NCBI GenBank assembly: GCA_012964665.1
Contig: DTTO01000060.1
Coordinates: 4,522 to 68,521, forward strand
Reading direction: 5' to 3'
Length of the DNA stretch: 64,000 nucleotides
Source of the DNA: Fidelibacterota bacterium
GTDB taxonomy: Bacteria > Fidelibacterota > Marinisomatia > Marinisomatales > TCS55
Every line of letters starts with the position of its first letter. The stretch's first letter is position 1. Below are positions 26,585 to 36,197 of the stretch, piece after piece. Under the pieces are notes generated by a model, which was given only the letters and a program-made list of their open reading frames with translations, ran no database searches and had not been told where the DNA came from. Made by a program: the position numbers and the translations under genes.

Positions 26585-28635
26585 TTACCGGAAACATCAT
26601 CACCGATTTTTGCCTACTGATTCTCTTTTTACCTGTAGTTGCATTTGCTATTAATATTTTCATTGGCAAGCGTTTACCACGCCAGGGAGATTGGGTATCC
26701 GTCGGCGCTATTTTGATTACGCTTGTTTTATCTTTATCCATGCTGATGAATATGTTCATGAACTGGGATCCTAATTTTTCTCACGAAGTTCAATTTTCTT
26801 GGATTGATTTAGGGGCTTTTAAAATTGAATTAGGATTCTGGGTTGATAATATCACTATTGTAATGTTGGTTGTAGTGGCGCTGATCTCTAGTATGACCCA
26901 TATTTTTTCATTGGAGTATATGAAAGGTGATATCCGCTATAGTCGCTATTACGCTTATCTTGGACTATTTACCTTTTCCATGAATGGGATTGTGTTAGCC
27001 AATAATCTAATCTCTATGTACATATTCTGGGAACTGGTGGGTGTTAGTTCTTATTTATTGATTGGCCACTGGTTTGAAAAGAATTCTGCTGCGAATGCCG
27101 CAACAAAAGCCTTTTTAACTAACAGGGTAGGGGATATCGGATTTTTTATCGGTATCATGCTCATGTTTACAGCAATCGGGTCGTTTAATTTTCAGGATTT
27201 GTTTTCAGGTATTTCTCAAGGTATGATTAGTGGGCAACTGCTTACATTAGCCGGAGTTGGCATATTTTTGGGTGCTGTTGGTAAATCTGCCCAGTTTCCT
27301 CTGCATATCTGGCTGCCCGACGCGATGGAAGGACCAACTCCTGTTTCAGCCTTGATGCACGCAGCCACCATGGTTGCCGCCGGTGTTTATCTAACTGTTA
27401 GATTATTTCCCTTATTCTCACCCGAAGCTTTGCTGATTATTGCATATGTGGGCGGTTTCACGGCTTTATTTGCTGCTACAATTGCCGTTACCCAAAATGA
27501 TATTAAAAAGGTACTGGCTTATTCAACTGTTAGCCAGTTAGGATACATGATCTTGGCAGTTGGGGTTGGCAATTATGTTGCTGCCTTTTTCCACTTGCTG
27601 ACCCATGCCATGTTTAAAGCTTGCCTGTTTTTTGGGTCAGGTTCTGTGATTCATGCCATGCATCATTCTTTGCATGAACTCAATGACCAGGATACCGATC
27701 CTCAGGATATGCGAAATATGGGTGGATTTAAATCCAAATTGCCAATCACTTATTGGACTATGACTATTGCTACTTTGACTATTGCCGGAGTACCCTTTTT
27801 CTCAGGATTTTTATCTAAGGATGCCATTTTAGCTGGAACGCTAGCATTTGCCAAACATTATCCACAACATTTCCTACTACCGCTATTTGGCTTTGGTGCG
27901 GCGGCCATTACGGCATTTTATATGTTTAGGCTCATTTTCATGACCTTCCATGGTGAGGTCAAAATGCCCAAAGTATTCAAAGGTATTCATGAATCACCAC
28001 GGGCAATGACTTTCCCATTGATTCTATTAAGCAGTCTTGGTTTTTTCATATTTTATACATTACCCTATTTTAACCCGTTTTCCGATCATGGCTGGTTTAC
28101 GGAATTGATCCAAGCAAGCGATTCCGTAGTTAAAGGGAATCCCACGGCAGAAGAAATCTATGAAGGTATACACCATGCACATTATCCGGCAATGGCCCTG
28201 TCATTACTGGTGGCCAGCTTTGGAATAGGGATGTCTATATTAATGTATATGAAGAAAAAACTTTCCGCGGATATCTGGGCGGCGAAAATGGGTTTCTTGT
28301 ACAAATTATCACTTAATAAATATTTCTTTGATGAGAATTATAACCGATTTTTGTATCAACCTGTTTTAAAACTATCCCAGGCCATTGCTTTTGTGGATTG
28401 GGATTTATACGATAAATATTTCATTAATGGTTTTGGACGGGTTACAAAATGGCTGTCTTTTTTAACCGGACGAATAGATTACGAAGGTTTAGATCAAAAG
28501 CTAGTTGATGGTGTGGGTAGAACCGCCCAGGGTTTTGGAAATCAGTTGAAAAATGTTCAAACCGGTCGGTTGCAGAATTATATGTTATTTGCGCTGGCAG
28601 GTGTAATTGTGATTATAGTCATGCAGACAATTTAA
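26581..28635 (+). CDS. nuoL: NADH-quinone oxidoreductase subunit L (operon 1), long form with duplicated lateral-helix segment
   Basis: FWELVGVSSYLLIGHWF and GKSAQFPLHIWLPDAMEGPTPVSALMHAATMV. C-terminal FFDENY...VQTGRLQNY plus a terminal TM helix. 684 aa. Confidence 0.92.
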   Translation: MITGNIITDFCLLILFLPVVAFAINIFIGKRLPRQGDWVSVGAILITLVLSLSMLMNMFMNWDPNFSHEVQFSWIDLGAFKIELGFWVDNITIVMLVVVALISSMTHIFSLEYMKGDIRYSRYYAYLGLFTFSMNGIVLANNLISMYIFWELVGVSSYLLIGHWFEKNSAANAATKAFLTNRVGDIGFFIGIMLMFTAIGSFNFQDLFSGISQGMISGQLLTLAGVGIFLGAVGKSAQFPLHIWLPDAMEGPTPVSALMHAATMVAAGVYLTVRLFPLFSPEALLIIAYVGGFTALFAATIAVTQNDIKKVLAYSTVSQLGYMILAVGVGNYVAAFFHLLTHAMFKACLFFGSGSVIHAMHHSLHELNDQDTDPQDMRNMGGFKSKLPITYWTMTIATLTIAGVPFFSGFLSKDAILAGTLAFAKHYPQHFLLPLFGFGAAAITAFYMFRLIFMTFHGEVKMPKVFKGIHESPRAMTFPLILLSSLGFFIFYTLPYFNPFSDHGWFTELIQASDSVVKGNPTAEEIYEGIHHAHYPAMALSLLVASFGIGMSILMYMKKKLSADIWAAKMGFLYKLSLNKYFFDENYNRFLYQPVLKLSQAIAFVDWDLYDKYFINGFGRVTKWLSFLTGRIDYEGLDQKLVDGVGRTAQGFGNQLKNVQTGRLQNYMLFALAGVIVIIVMQTI

Positions 28636-28656
28636 AGTTTTTATAAAGGGTTAGGT

Positions 28657-30204
28657 ATGAATCATTTACTGAGTTGGATCATTTGGCTACCGGTCATAGG
28701 TATCGTAGCAGTTGTCATAATACCTAGGGATAAAGGTACTCTGATCAAGCAGGTCTCCGCTGTAGTGACTGGGGTTCAATTGGCATTAACGATTTACTTG
28801 TGGCGTATATATGATGGATCTAACGGTACATTTCAATTTATGGAAAGTGCCGAGTGGATCCCGTCTTTTAATATTTCATATATGCTGGGTGTAGATGGGC
28901 TCAGTTTACCAATGGTTTTTCTAATGGCTTTGCTTGGATTTTTGGGTGTGTTTGTCAGTTGGAATATTAATAAAGCAGTGAAAGGATATTTTGCCCTTTT
29001 CCTTTTATTAAATACGGGTATTATGGGCGTATTCTTATCTTTGGATTTCTTTCTGTTTTATGTTTTTTGGGAAGTAATGTTATTGCCCATGTACTTTCTG
29101 ATCGGCATGTGGGGCGGCCCTCAACGTGAATATGCTGCCATTAAATTTTTTCTTTATACACTTGTTGGATCTGTTTTAATGCTTATAGCAATTCTTGCTC
29201 TTTATTTTACCTGCGGGAAAACATTTGACATGCTGGTATTGATGGAAACTGCGCCAATAGCTTTAAACGGCGTTTTGTGGTGGGGAATGAGTGCTATTAA
29301 GGTTATTTGGACCCTACTATTTATTGGGTTCGCAATCAAAGTTCCAGTATTTCCATTCCATACCTGGCTGCCTTTGGCACATGTTGAAGCGCCCACAGCC
29401 GTTTCAGTAATATTAGCGGGAATCCTTTTAAAATTAGGTATATATGGCATACTGAGAATTAATTATACTATGTTGCCTGATGGTGTATTTTGGTTCGCTG
29501 GTGCACTGGCAGTTTTGGGCTTGATTAATGTGATTTGGGGAGCCATGTGTGCATTGGCTCAGACAGATTTGAAAAAATTGGTGGCATACTCCTCTATTAA
29601 TCACATGGGATATGCTCTTTTGGGAATGGCAGCAGTGATTGCAGGCTCTTCTATGGGAGGAGATAATTTGCTGGCAGCTCAGGCTGGCCTCAATGGTGCA
29701 GTATTCCAGATGTTCAATCACGGCACTATTTCTGCGATGCTGTTTATCTTAGTGGGTGTGATTTATGATCGAGCCCATCACCGTGATATCGATGGTTTCG
29801 GAGGACTGGCTGTTAAGATGCCTATATATTCAGGGATTGTAGCACTTGCCTTTTTTGCTGGACTGGGGCTACCGGGATTTAGTGGATTTATCAGTGAGGC
29901 AATGTGTTTCATTGGCGCTTTCCCTGTTTTTAGAACAATTGTAATCATATCCACAATAGGGATCTTACTGAATGCGGCTTATTTCCTATGGGCTTTTCAA
30001 CGGATCTTCTTTGGAGAACTCAATGAAAAATATAAAGACCTCCCAGAAATAAACCGTATGGAGCTGTTTACAGTTATACCGCTGGCTGTTATTACTTTGT
30101 TTTTAGGTATATATCCTCGGCCATTTTTGGATTTGATCAGTGAAACGATGAATATATTGATTGATCAAGTGGTGTCACTTGGCGGTCTTGTAAACTTGAT
30201 GTAG
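28657..30204 (+). CDS. nuoM: NADH-quinone oxidoreductase subunit M (operon 1)
   Basis: FVFWEVMLLPMYFLIGMWGG and KVPVFPFHTWLPLAHVEAPTAVSVILAGILLK. Confidence 0.92.
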   Translation: MNHLLSWIIWLPVIGIVAVVIIPRDKGTLIKQVSAVVTGVQLALTIYLWRIYDGSNGTFQFMESAEWIPSFNISYMLGVDGLSLPMVFLMALLGFLGVFVSWNINKAVKGYFALFLLLNTGIMGVFLSLDFFLFYVFWEVMLLPMYFLIGMWGGPQREYAAIKFFLYTLVGSVLMLIAILALYFTCGKTFDMLVLMETAPIALNGVLWWGMSAIKVIWTLLFIGFAIKVPVFPFHTWLPLAHVEAPTAVSVILAGILLKLGIYGILRINYTMLPDGVFWFAGALAVLGLINVIWGAMCALAQTDLKKLVAYSSINHMGYALLGMAAVIAGSSMGGDNLLAAQAGLNGAVFQMFNHGTISAMLFILVGVIYDRAHHRDIDGFGGLAVKMPIYSGIVALAFFAGLGLPGFSGFISEAMCFIGAFPVFRTIVIISTIGILLNAAYFLWAFQRIFFGELNEKYKDLPEINRMELFTVIPLAVITLFLGIYPRPFLDLISETMNILIDQVVSLGGLVNLM

Positions 30205-30212
30205 GGAATTTA

Positions 30213-31706
30213 ATGAGCAACCTCAATAGCCTGTCCTATTTTTGGCCGGAACTCATTTTAACCGGTACAGTTTTAGTGGCCATAGTAGCGGACCTTTTTT
30301 ATCGTAAAGAGGATTCTTTTAAAGTTGCTTGGTGGGTATTGGGAGGATTGACCCTTACAATGGCTGCGATTAGAATGGGTGGAAGCGCAGTAACGGACCT
30401 GTTTATGGGTACCATCGCATTGGATCCTTTTGCAGAATTTTTTAAAGTGTTAATACTTCTTTCAACTGTATTGGTCATCCTGATTAGTTTTAAAACAGAT
30501 GAATTGAAAAACTATAGCGTTGGTGAATATTTTTCTATTCTGGCTATAATGGCGTTCGGCCTTTTCCTCATGGCGTCTGCTATTGATATTCTGATGGTTT
30601 ACTTATCCATAGAAATAGTATCTATTATGTCTTTCTTTTTGGCCGGATATTTAAAAAAGTCGCAGCTCAGTAATGAAGCCGCCCTGAAATATGTGCTTTA
30701 TGGCGCATTCTCATCGGGAATAATGTTATTTGGTTTTAGTATCTTATTTGGATTAACGGGCTCAACCAAATTTTTTGAAATCAGACAAGCTCTGGCTGGT
30801 TTGGAAAACGGTGCCAATCTAGCATTGATTATTTCGGCCGTATTCATCCTGGCTGGATTCGGATATAAAATTTCGGCAGTACCATTTCATTTTTGGACAC
30901 CGGATGTTTATGAAGGATCTCCAACGACAATAACAGCATATTTATCCATTGCTCCGAAAGCTGCTGGGTTCGCGATGTTGATTCGATTTTTCAATCAGGT
31001 TATGGGTGATGGTACAGCAATGATAAATGACTCATGGTCTGCATTGGGGGGCTTACCTTGGCCGCAACTGATGGGCGTTCTGGCTGTAGCTACGATGTCA
31101 CTTGGAAACTTGGTGGCTATTCAACAAAATAGTGTCAAACGAATGTTGGCTTATTCTAGCATCGCTCATGCCGGTTATATGATGATGGGATTACCTGTAA
31201 TGTCAAACCAGGGGATCTATGGGATTATGATGTATCTGGTAATGTATTTGTTCATGAATTTGGGTGCTTTTTTTGTAGTAATATATATTCAAGGTAAAAC
31301 AGGCGGCGAGAGTTATGAAGATTTTAACGGTTTAGGTTGGACAATGCCATTTATAGGCGTTGTGATGGCACTATTTATGTTTGCTTTAACCGGTTTGCCG
31401 CCCACGGCTGGTTTTATTGGAAAATTTTATCTTTTCGCAGCCGTTATTGAAGCCGGCCCTCAATTTTACTGGCTTGCTTTTTTTGGCGCGTTAAACAGTG
31501 TAATATCGCTTTATTACTATGTGAGAGTAGTAAAGCATATGTATTTGCGTGGTGAACGAAGTGACGATGTTTCAATGCCTTCATCAAACCTGGTTACTGT
31601 ACTTCTTGTCTTTTTAGCCGTCCCTTCTTTAGTTCTTGGAGTCTATTGGGAACCAGTGGCCAATTGGATTAATCAATCACTCGTATTATTGTCTTCTGGG
31701 ATGTAA
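30213..31706 (+). CDS. nuoN: NADH-quinone oxidoreductase subunit N (operon 1)
   Basis: YKISAVPFHFWTPDVYEGSPTTITAYLSIAPKAAGF. Terminal gene of operon 1. Confidence 0.9.
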   Translation: MSNLNSLSYFWPELILTGTVLVAIVADLFYRKEDSFKVAWWVLGGLTLTMAAIRMGGSAVTDLFMGTIALDPFAEFFKVLILLSTVLVILISFKTDELKNYSVGEYFSILAIMAFGLFLMASAIDILMVYLSIEIVSIMSFFLAGYLKKSQLSNEAALKYVLYGAFSSGIMLFGFSILFGLTGSTKFFEIRQALAGLENGANLALIISAVFILAGFGYKISAVPFHFWTPDVYEGSPTTITAYLSIAPKAAGFAMLIRFFNQVMGDGTAMINDSWSALGGLPWPQLMGVLAVATMSLGNLVAIQQNSVKRMLAYSSIAHAGYMMMGLPVMSNQGIYGIMMYLVMYLFMNLGAFFVVIYIQGKTGGESYEDFNGLGWTMPFIGVVMALFMFALTGLPPTAGFIGKFYLFAAVIEAGPQFYWLAFFGALNSVISLYYYVRVVKHMYLRGERSDDVSMPSSNLVTVLLVFLAVPSLVLGVYWEPVANWINQSLVLLSSGM

Positions 31707-31810
31707 CTATAGAATGAAGGAAAGGGGGGATTTAATCATTAATATTTATGATTTTGGATGATTACGAAGTTTCTAATGTCATACAAATACAAATAAATTC
31801 ATGGCTGATT

Positions 31811-32176
31811 ATGATTGAAAATTATTTACCTATCCTAATTGTTTTTATCCTTGCTGCGGGCTTCGTTTTTGTAAGTTTGATACTATCACATTTTGTGGGG
31901 CCACGTATTGACAACAAGGTTAAAATGATGCCTTATGAGTCAGGTGTAGATCCTGTAGGTGAGACCAGGATCAGATTTTCTATCCGATTTTTCCTTATTG
32001 CACTTCTTTTCATTATTTTCGATATCGAAATTGTTTTTCTTTATCCTTGGGCAGTAGTATTCAAAGATTTTCTTACAATGGGATCATTTATATTTTTTGA
32101 GATGGTTGTTTTCCTTTTTATTCTTGCATTTGGTTTTGTTTATGTGTGGAAAAATGGTGCCCTTGAATGGGAATAG
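31811..32176 (+). CDS. nuoA: NADH-quinone oxidoreductase subunit A (operon 2)
   Basis: YESGVDP...FSIRFFLIALLFIIFDIEIVFLYPW. ATG at 31811 gives the usual ~120 aa; the ORF-track start at 31748 adds 21 non-hydrophobic residues. Confidence 0.85.
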   Translation: MIENYLPILIVFILAAGFVFVSLILSHFVGPRIDNKVKMMPYESGVDPVGETRIRFSIRFFLIALLFIIFDIEIVFLYPWAVVFKDFLTMGSFIFFEMVVFLFILAFGFVYVWKNGALEWE

Positions 32177-32204
32177 ATTATTATAATGAAACTGGGAGTA
32201 ATGA

Positions 32205-32696
32205 ATGAACCCCACTGAAATTAAATCAAATATTTTAACCACTACATTAGAGAGTGCCATAAACTGGGGTAGAAAAAATTCGTTTTGGCCCATGCCTTTT
32301 GGTACAGCCTGTTGCGGGATTGAATTCATGGCTGTTTTAGCTGCTCGTACAGACCTGGCTAGATTTGGAGCTGAGGCAATTCGTTTTTCACCGCGGCAGT
32401 CCGATTTACTGATTGTTGCCGGTCGGATTTCCATCAAAATGATGCCGGTTTTGATCCGTATTTATGAGCAAATGCCGGAGCCAAAATGGGTTATTTCCAT
32501 GGGAGCCTGTGCCTCAAGTGGGGGTGTGTTTGATACGTATAGTGTAATTCAGGGGGTAGATCAATTTATTCCAGTGGATGTCTATGTTCCTGGATGTCCT
32601 CCAAGGCCGGAAGGTGTTGTTGAAGGCTTGATGAAACTCCAGGATTTGGTGGGTGAGGAAAAATTGTCTGATTATTCTCCTGCCTCAGACAAGTAA
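32205..32696 (+). CDS. nuoB: NADH-quinone oxidoreductase subunit B (operon 2)
   Basis: [15 protein letters not shown] and VPGCPPRPE. Confidence 0.93.
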   Translation: MNPTEIKSNILTTTLESAINWGRKNSFWPMPFGTACCGIEFMAVLAARTDLARFGAEAIRFSPRQSDLLIVAGRISIKMMPVLIRIYEQMPEPKWVISMGACASSGGVFDTYSVIQGVDQFIPVDVYVPGCPPRPEGVVEGLMKLQDLVGEEKLSDYSPASDK

Positions 32697-33212
32697 ATGT
32701 CGCCAGCGACGATAACATCCCAATTAAAAGAAAAATTTCCTGAAGCTATTCTGGATATCACGGAATTTGCAGACGAAAAAATATTGCATATAAAAAGCCA
32801 GCATATATTATTGGTATTAACTGCATTAAAATCAGCTGGTTACAATTTCTTGGCAGACCTCACCGCAATTGATAATCTCACTTTAGGTGGGTTTGAGCGC
32901 TTTGCTGTTTCTTACCATTTATTGTGCCACGAGACGGCGGAGAGATTGACAGTAAAAGCTTATGTTTCTGAAGAAAAACCAACCTTACCTTCGGTAGAAT
33001 CACTTTGGAAAACGGCAGATTGGCAAGAGCGGGAAGTATTTGATTTATACGGAATAATATTTGAAGAACATCCCAATTTGACCCGTATCATGAATCCAGA
33101 TGACTATGAAGGTTACCCCTTGAGAAAGGACTATCCCAGGTTGGGTCGCAAAGAAAGAGATGATTTTCCTGTGGTTAATCGTGGCATACGAAAAAAGAAA
33201 CCATTAGAATGA
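32697..33212 (+). CDS. nuoC: NADH-quinone oxidoreductase subunit C (operon 2)
   Basis: WQEREVFDLYGIIFEEHP motif. Confidence 0.9.
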   Translation: MSPATITSQLKEKFPEAILDITEFADEKILHIKSQHILLVLTALKSAGYNFLADLTAIDNLTLGGFERFAVSYHLLCHETAERLTVKAYVSEEKPTLPSVESLWKTADWQEREVFDLYGIIFEEHPNLTRIMNPDDYEGYPLRKDYPRLGRKERDDFPVVNRGIRKKKPLE

Positions 33213-34414
33213 ACAGAGTAACTGAACAGCCGATTGAAACTGATAAAATGGTGCTCAATTTTGGACCGCAGCATCCATCGACGCATGGTACGCTTAGAAT
33301 CATTATGGAATTAGAAGGAGAGACAGTAAAAAAAGCCACACCGGAAATTGGATTTCTTCATTCTGGATTTGAAAAACTAGGTGAAGATTTGGATTTCAAC
33401 CAATATATCACCATTACAGATCGAATGAATTATCTGTCGCCTCTATGTAATAATGTGGCATATGCCTTGGCGGCAGAAAAATTAATGGATCTAAAAGTGT
33501 CCAAACGGACGGAGTATATACGTGTTTTAATGTGTGAATTAAGTCGAATTGCCGATCATCTATTAAATGTGGGTATGCTGGCCGTGGATTTGGGTGCACT
33601 GACTGCTTTTCTTTATGGATTCAGGTTAAGGGAAGACATTTATGATCTTTTTGAAATAGCTACTGGAACTCGATTAACGACCAGTTATACGTTAGTAGGT
33701 GGTTTAATGAGAGATATTCCAGATGGATATGATAAGGCTGTCATTAAAGTGCTCGACGAAACGGTTGAAGTAACGAATGAAATTGAAACATTATTGAATA
33801 AAAATAGAATTTGGCAAGATAGAACAAAAGATATTGGTAGTATTTCCAAAGAGGATGCTATTTCATATGGTATCTCGGGTCCCATGGCAAGAGCATCAGG
33901 TATTGATTGGGATATTAGAGTAAACGAACCACCGTATTCCAGTTATGAGGATTTTGATTTTGACGTAGCTATAGCTTTGAACGGCGATGTATTTGATCGG
34001 TACCTAGTGCGTATGGAGGAAATTCGCCAAAGTATAAAGATATGTAGGCAGTCACTAGATAAAATGCCAACTGGAGATGTAAGTATTGATCCAGATTTGG
34101 GGTTTAGCCTCCCTCCAAAAGATGAAGTTTATAACTCTATTGAGGGTTTGATTTATCATTTTGAAGTTACCATGCCAAACAGAGGCATGACACCACCAGT
34201 TGGTGAAGCCTACGTACCCACGGAATCACCTAATGGTGAGTTAGGATTTTATATTGTAAGTGATGGAACCCGTACACCCTATCGTGTTCGAACAAGGCCA
34301 CCATCACTGATGAACTATTCAATATTTTCAAAGCTAATTGAAGGCCATATGCTTTCAGATGTTCCAGCGATACTTGGAAGTTTTAATGTTATCGCAGGAG
34401 AATTGGATCGATGA
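33209..34414 (+). CDS. nuoD: NADH-quinone oxidoreductase subunit D (operon 2)
   Basis: NFGPQHPSTHGTLR ... SFNVIAGELDR. 401 aa. Confidence 0.93.
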   Translation: MNRVTEQPIETDKMVLNFGPQHPSTHGTLRIIMELEGETVKKATPEIGFLHSGFEKLGEDLDFNQYITITDRMNYLSPLCNNVAYALAAEKLMDLKVSKRTEYIRVLMCELSRIADHLLNVGMLAVDLGALTAFLYGFRLREDIYDLFEIATGTRLTTSYTLVGGLMRDIPDGYDKAVIKVLDETVEVTNEIETLLNKNRIWQDRTKDIGSISKEDAISYGISGPMARASGIDWDIRVNEPPYSSYEDFDFDVAIALNGDVFDRYLVRMEEIRQSIKICRQSLDKMPTGDVSIDPDLGFSLPPKDEVYNSIEGLIYHFEVTMPNRGMTPPVGEAYVPTESPNGELGFYIVSDGTRTPYRVRTRPPSLMNYSIFSKLIEGHMLSDVPAILGSFNVIAGELDR

Positions 34415-34902
34415 AATCCAACGGTAAACCCAAGCCAAGATTTACTTTCGAAGACCCGGAAAGAGTAGAACAAATTTTTTCCCAGTATCCAGATAAAAAA
34501 TCTGCCACTCTGCCGTTGCTTCATTTAGCGCAATCGCAGGAGGGCTATATTTCAAATAGTGTAATTGATAGTATTGCTGAATTGGTTGACTGTCACCCAG
34601 CTGTTGTGATGGACTGTGTATCTTTTTATACCATGTTTTATACAAAACCTCATGGTCGAAATATCATTCAAATTTGCCAGACTCTTTCCTGTAGCTTAAA
34701 TGGCGCCGATGAATTGGTAGATCATGTAACGGATAAATATAAAATTAAGCCTGGTGAAACAACGGCCGATGATCAGTTTACTCTTATGAAAGTTGAATGC
34801 TTAGGCTCTTGTGGAACTGCGCCGGTTGTACAAATGAATAAAGAATATCATGAAAGTTTAACTAAACAAAAATTTGATGAATTACTTGCGGAATTTGAAT
34901 GA
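34411..34902 (+). CDS. nuoE: NADH-quinone oxidoreductase subunit E
   Basis: Thioredoxin-like 2Fe-2S cysteines in QICQTLSCSL and VECLGSCGTAP. Confidence 0.9.
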   Translation: MKSNGKPKPRFTFEDPERVEQIFSQYPDKKSATLPLLHLAQSQEGYISNSVIDSIAELVDCHPAVVMDCVSFYTMFYTKPHGRNIIQICQTLSCSLNGADELVDHVTDKYKIKPGETTADDQFTLMKVECLGSCGTAPVVQMNKEYHESLTKQKFDELLAEFE

Positions 34903-36197
34903 ATACGTTTAAACCAGTTCTCACAGAGCATATCGATCAAAAAGATTGTCATACGCTTTCATTTTACAAGAGTATTGGGGGATATACTGCTTTAGAAAAA
35001 GTGCTGACAATGAACCCTGATCATGTTACGCAAGAAGTGAAAGATTCAAACCTTCGTGGTAGAGGCGGTGCAGGTTTTTCAACCGGTATGAAATGGGGGT
35101 TTATTCCTAAGGATTCCAATAAACCTAAATATCTGATCAATAACGCGGACGAAAGTGAACCAGGGACTTTTAAGGATCGATTGCTGATGAATAAAGCACC
35201 GCATCAAATGTTGGAAGGTATGATCATTGCTGCATATGCTATCGGCTGCCATACATCCTTCATTTACATTCGTGGAGAATTTTATCAAGAATACAAATTA
35301 TTGGAACAAACGATAGCGGAAGCATATGATAATAACATACTGGGCCAAAATATTCTTGGTTCAAATTATAGTTTAGATGTTGTGATCCATCGTGGAGCGG
35401 GAGCTTATATATGCGGTGAGGAAACCGGGTTGCTTGAATCTCTTGAGGGTAAACGGGGCTGGCCAAGAATTAAGCCACCTTTCCCAGCTATCGAAGGTTA
35501 TCTCCAAAGTCCTACAATAGTAAATAATGTTGAAACCCTGTCTTGCCTTCCTCATATTATAAATCGTGGTGCCAGTTGGTTTAAATCTATCGGCCCTGAA
35601 AAAGGTCCAGGCCCGAGACTGTTTTGCATTTCAGGATCCGTTAATAATCCCGGCGTTTTTGAAGAACCTATGGGTGTCTCTCTAAAAGATTTGATTTTTG
35701 ATAGGGCAGGCGGTATACCAGATGACAAACAATTAAAAGCAGTTTTCCCTGGCGGTTCATCATCAGCGATTCTCACGGCCAATGAAGCTATGGATGTGAT
35801 GATGGATTTTGAGGAACTCGTAGAAAAGGGAAGTATGCTGGGATCAGCGGGGATCATTGTTATGGATGAAACAGTAAATATGGTGCAGGCTTGTCTCAAT
35901 ATCGCGCGTTTTTATGCTCATGAGTCCTGTGGTCAATGCACGCCCTGCAGGGAAGGAACTTCCTGGCTGGTGATGATGCTCACACGTTTAATTAATGGTG
36001 GTGGCAAACCAGGTGATATCGACATGCTTTTTGAGATCGCCGATAATATTGGTGGTCTTATCGATTTTTCAAAAGGAAGCTTTGGTAAGACTATTTGTCC
36101 ATTCGGTGAAGCAGTTGCTTGGCCAGTAAGAAGTTTTGTGGAAAAGTTTAAAGGCGAATTCATGGAATATTTGCCTCAAGAAAAGGTAGTTGCCTGA
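34899..36197 (+). CDS. nuoF: NADH-quinone oxidoreductase subunit F
   Basis: FMN/NADH site GRGGAGFSTGMKW, NADESEPGTFKDR, and N3 cluster ESCGQCTPCREG. Confidence 0.95.
   Translation: MNTFKPVLTEHIDQKDCHTLSFYKSIGGYTALEKVLTMNPDHVTQEVKDSNLRGRGGAGFSTGMKWGFIPKDSNKPKYLINNADESEPGTFKDRLLMNKAPHQMLEGMIIAAYAIGCHTSFIYIRGEFYQEYKLLEQTIAEAYDNNILGQNILGSNYSLDVVIHRGAGAYICGEETGLLESLEGKRGWPRIKPPFPAIEGYLQSPTIVNNVETLSCLPHIINRGASWFKSIGPEKGPGPRLFCISGSVNNPGVFEEPMGVSLKDLIFDRAGGIPDDKQLKAVFPGGSSSAILTANEAMDVMMDFEELVEKGSMLGSAGIIVMDETVNMVQACLNIARFYAHESCGQCTPCREGTSWLVMMLTRLINGGGKPGDIDMLFEIADNIGGLIDFSKGSFGKTICPFGEAVAWPVRSFVEKFKGEFMEYLPQEKVVA

Noticed and set aside
31707-31810. Terminator or promoter between operon 1 and operon 2
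   Set aside because: Only trivial palindromes are present (TTAAT-C-ATTAA). There is no GC-rich stem followed by a T-tract and no good -35/-10 or TAnnTTTG match. It is left unannotated.
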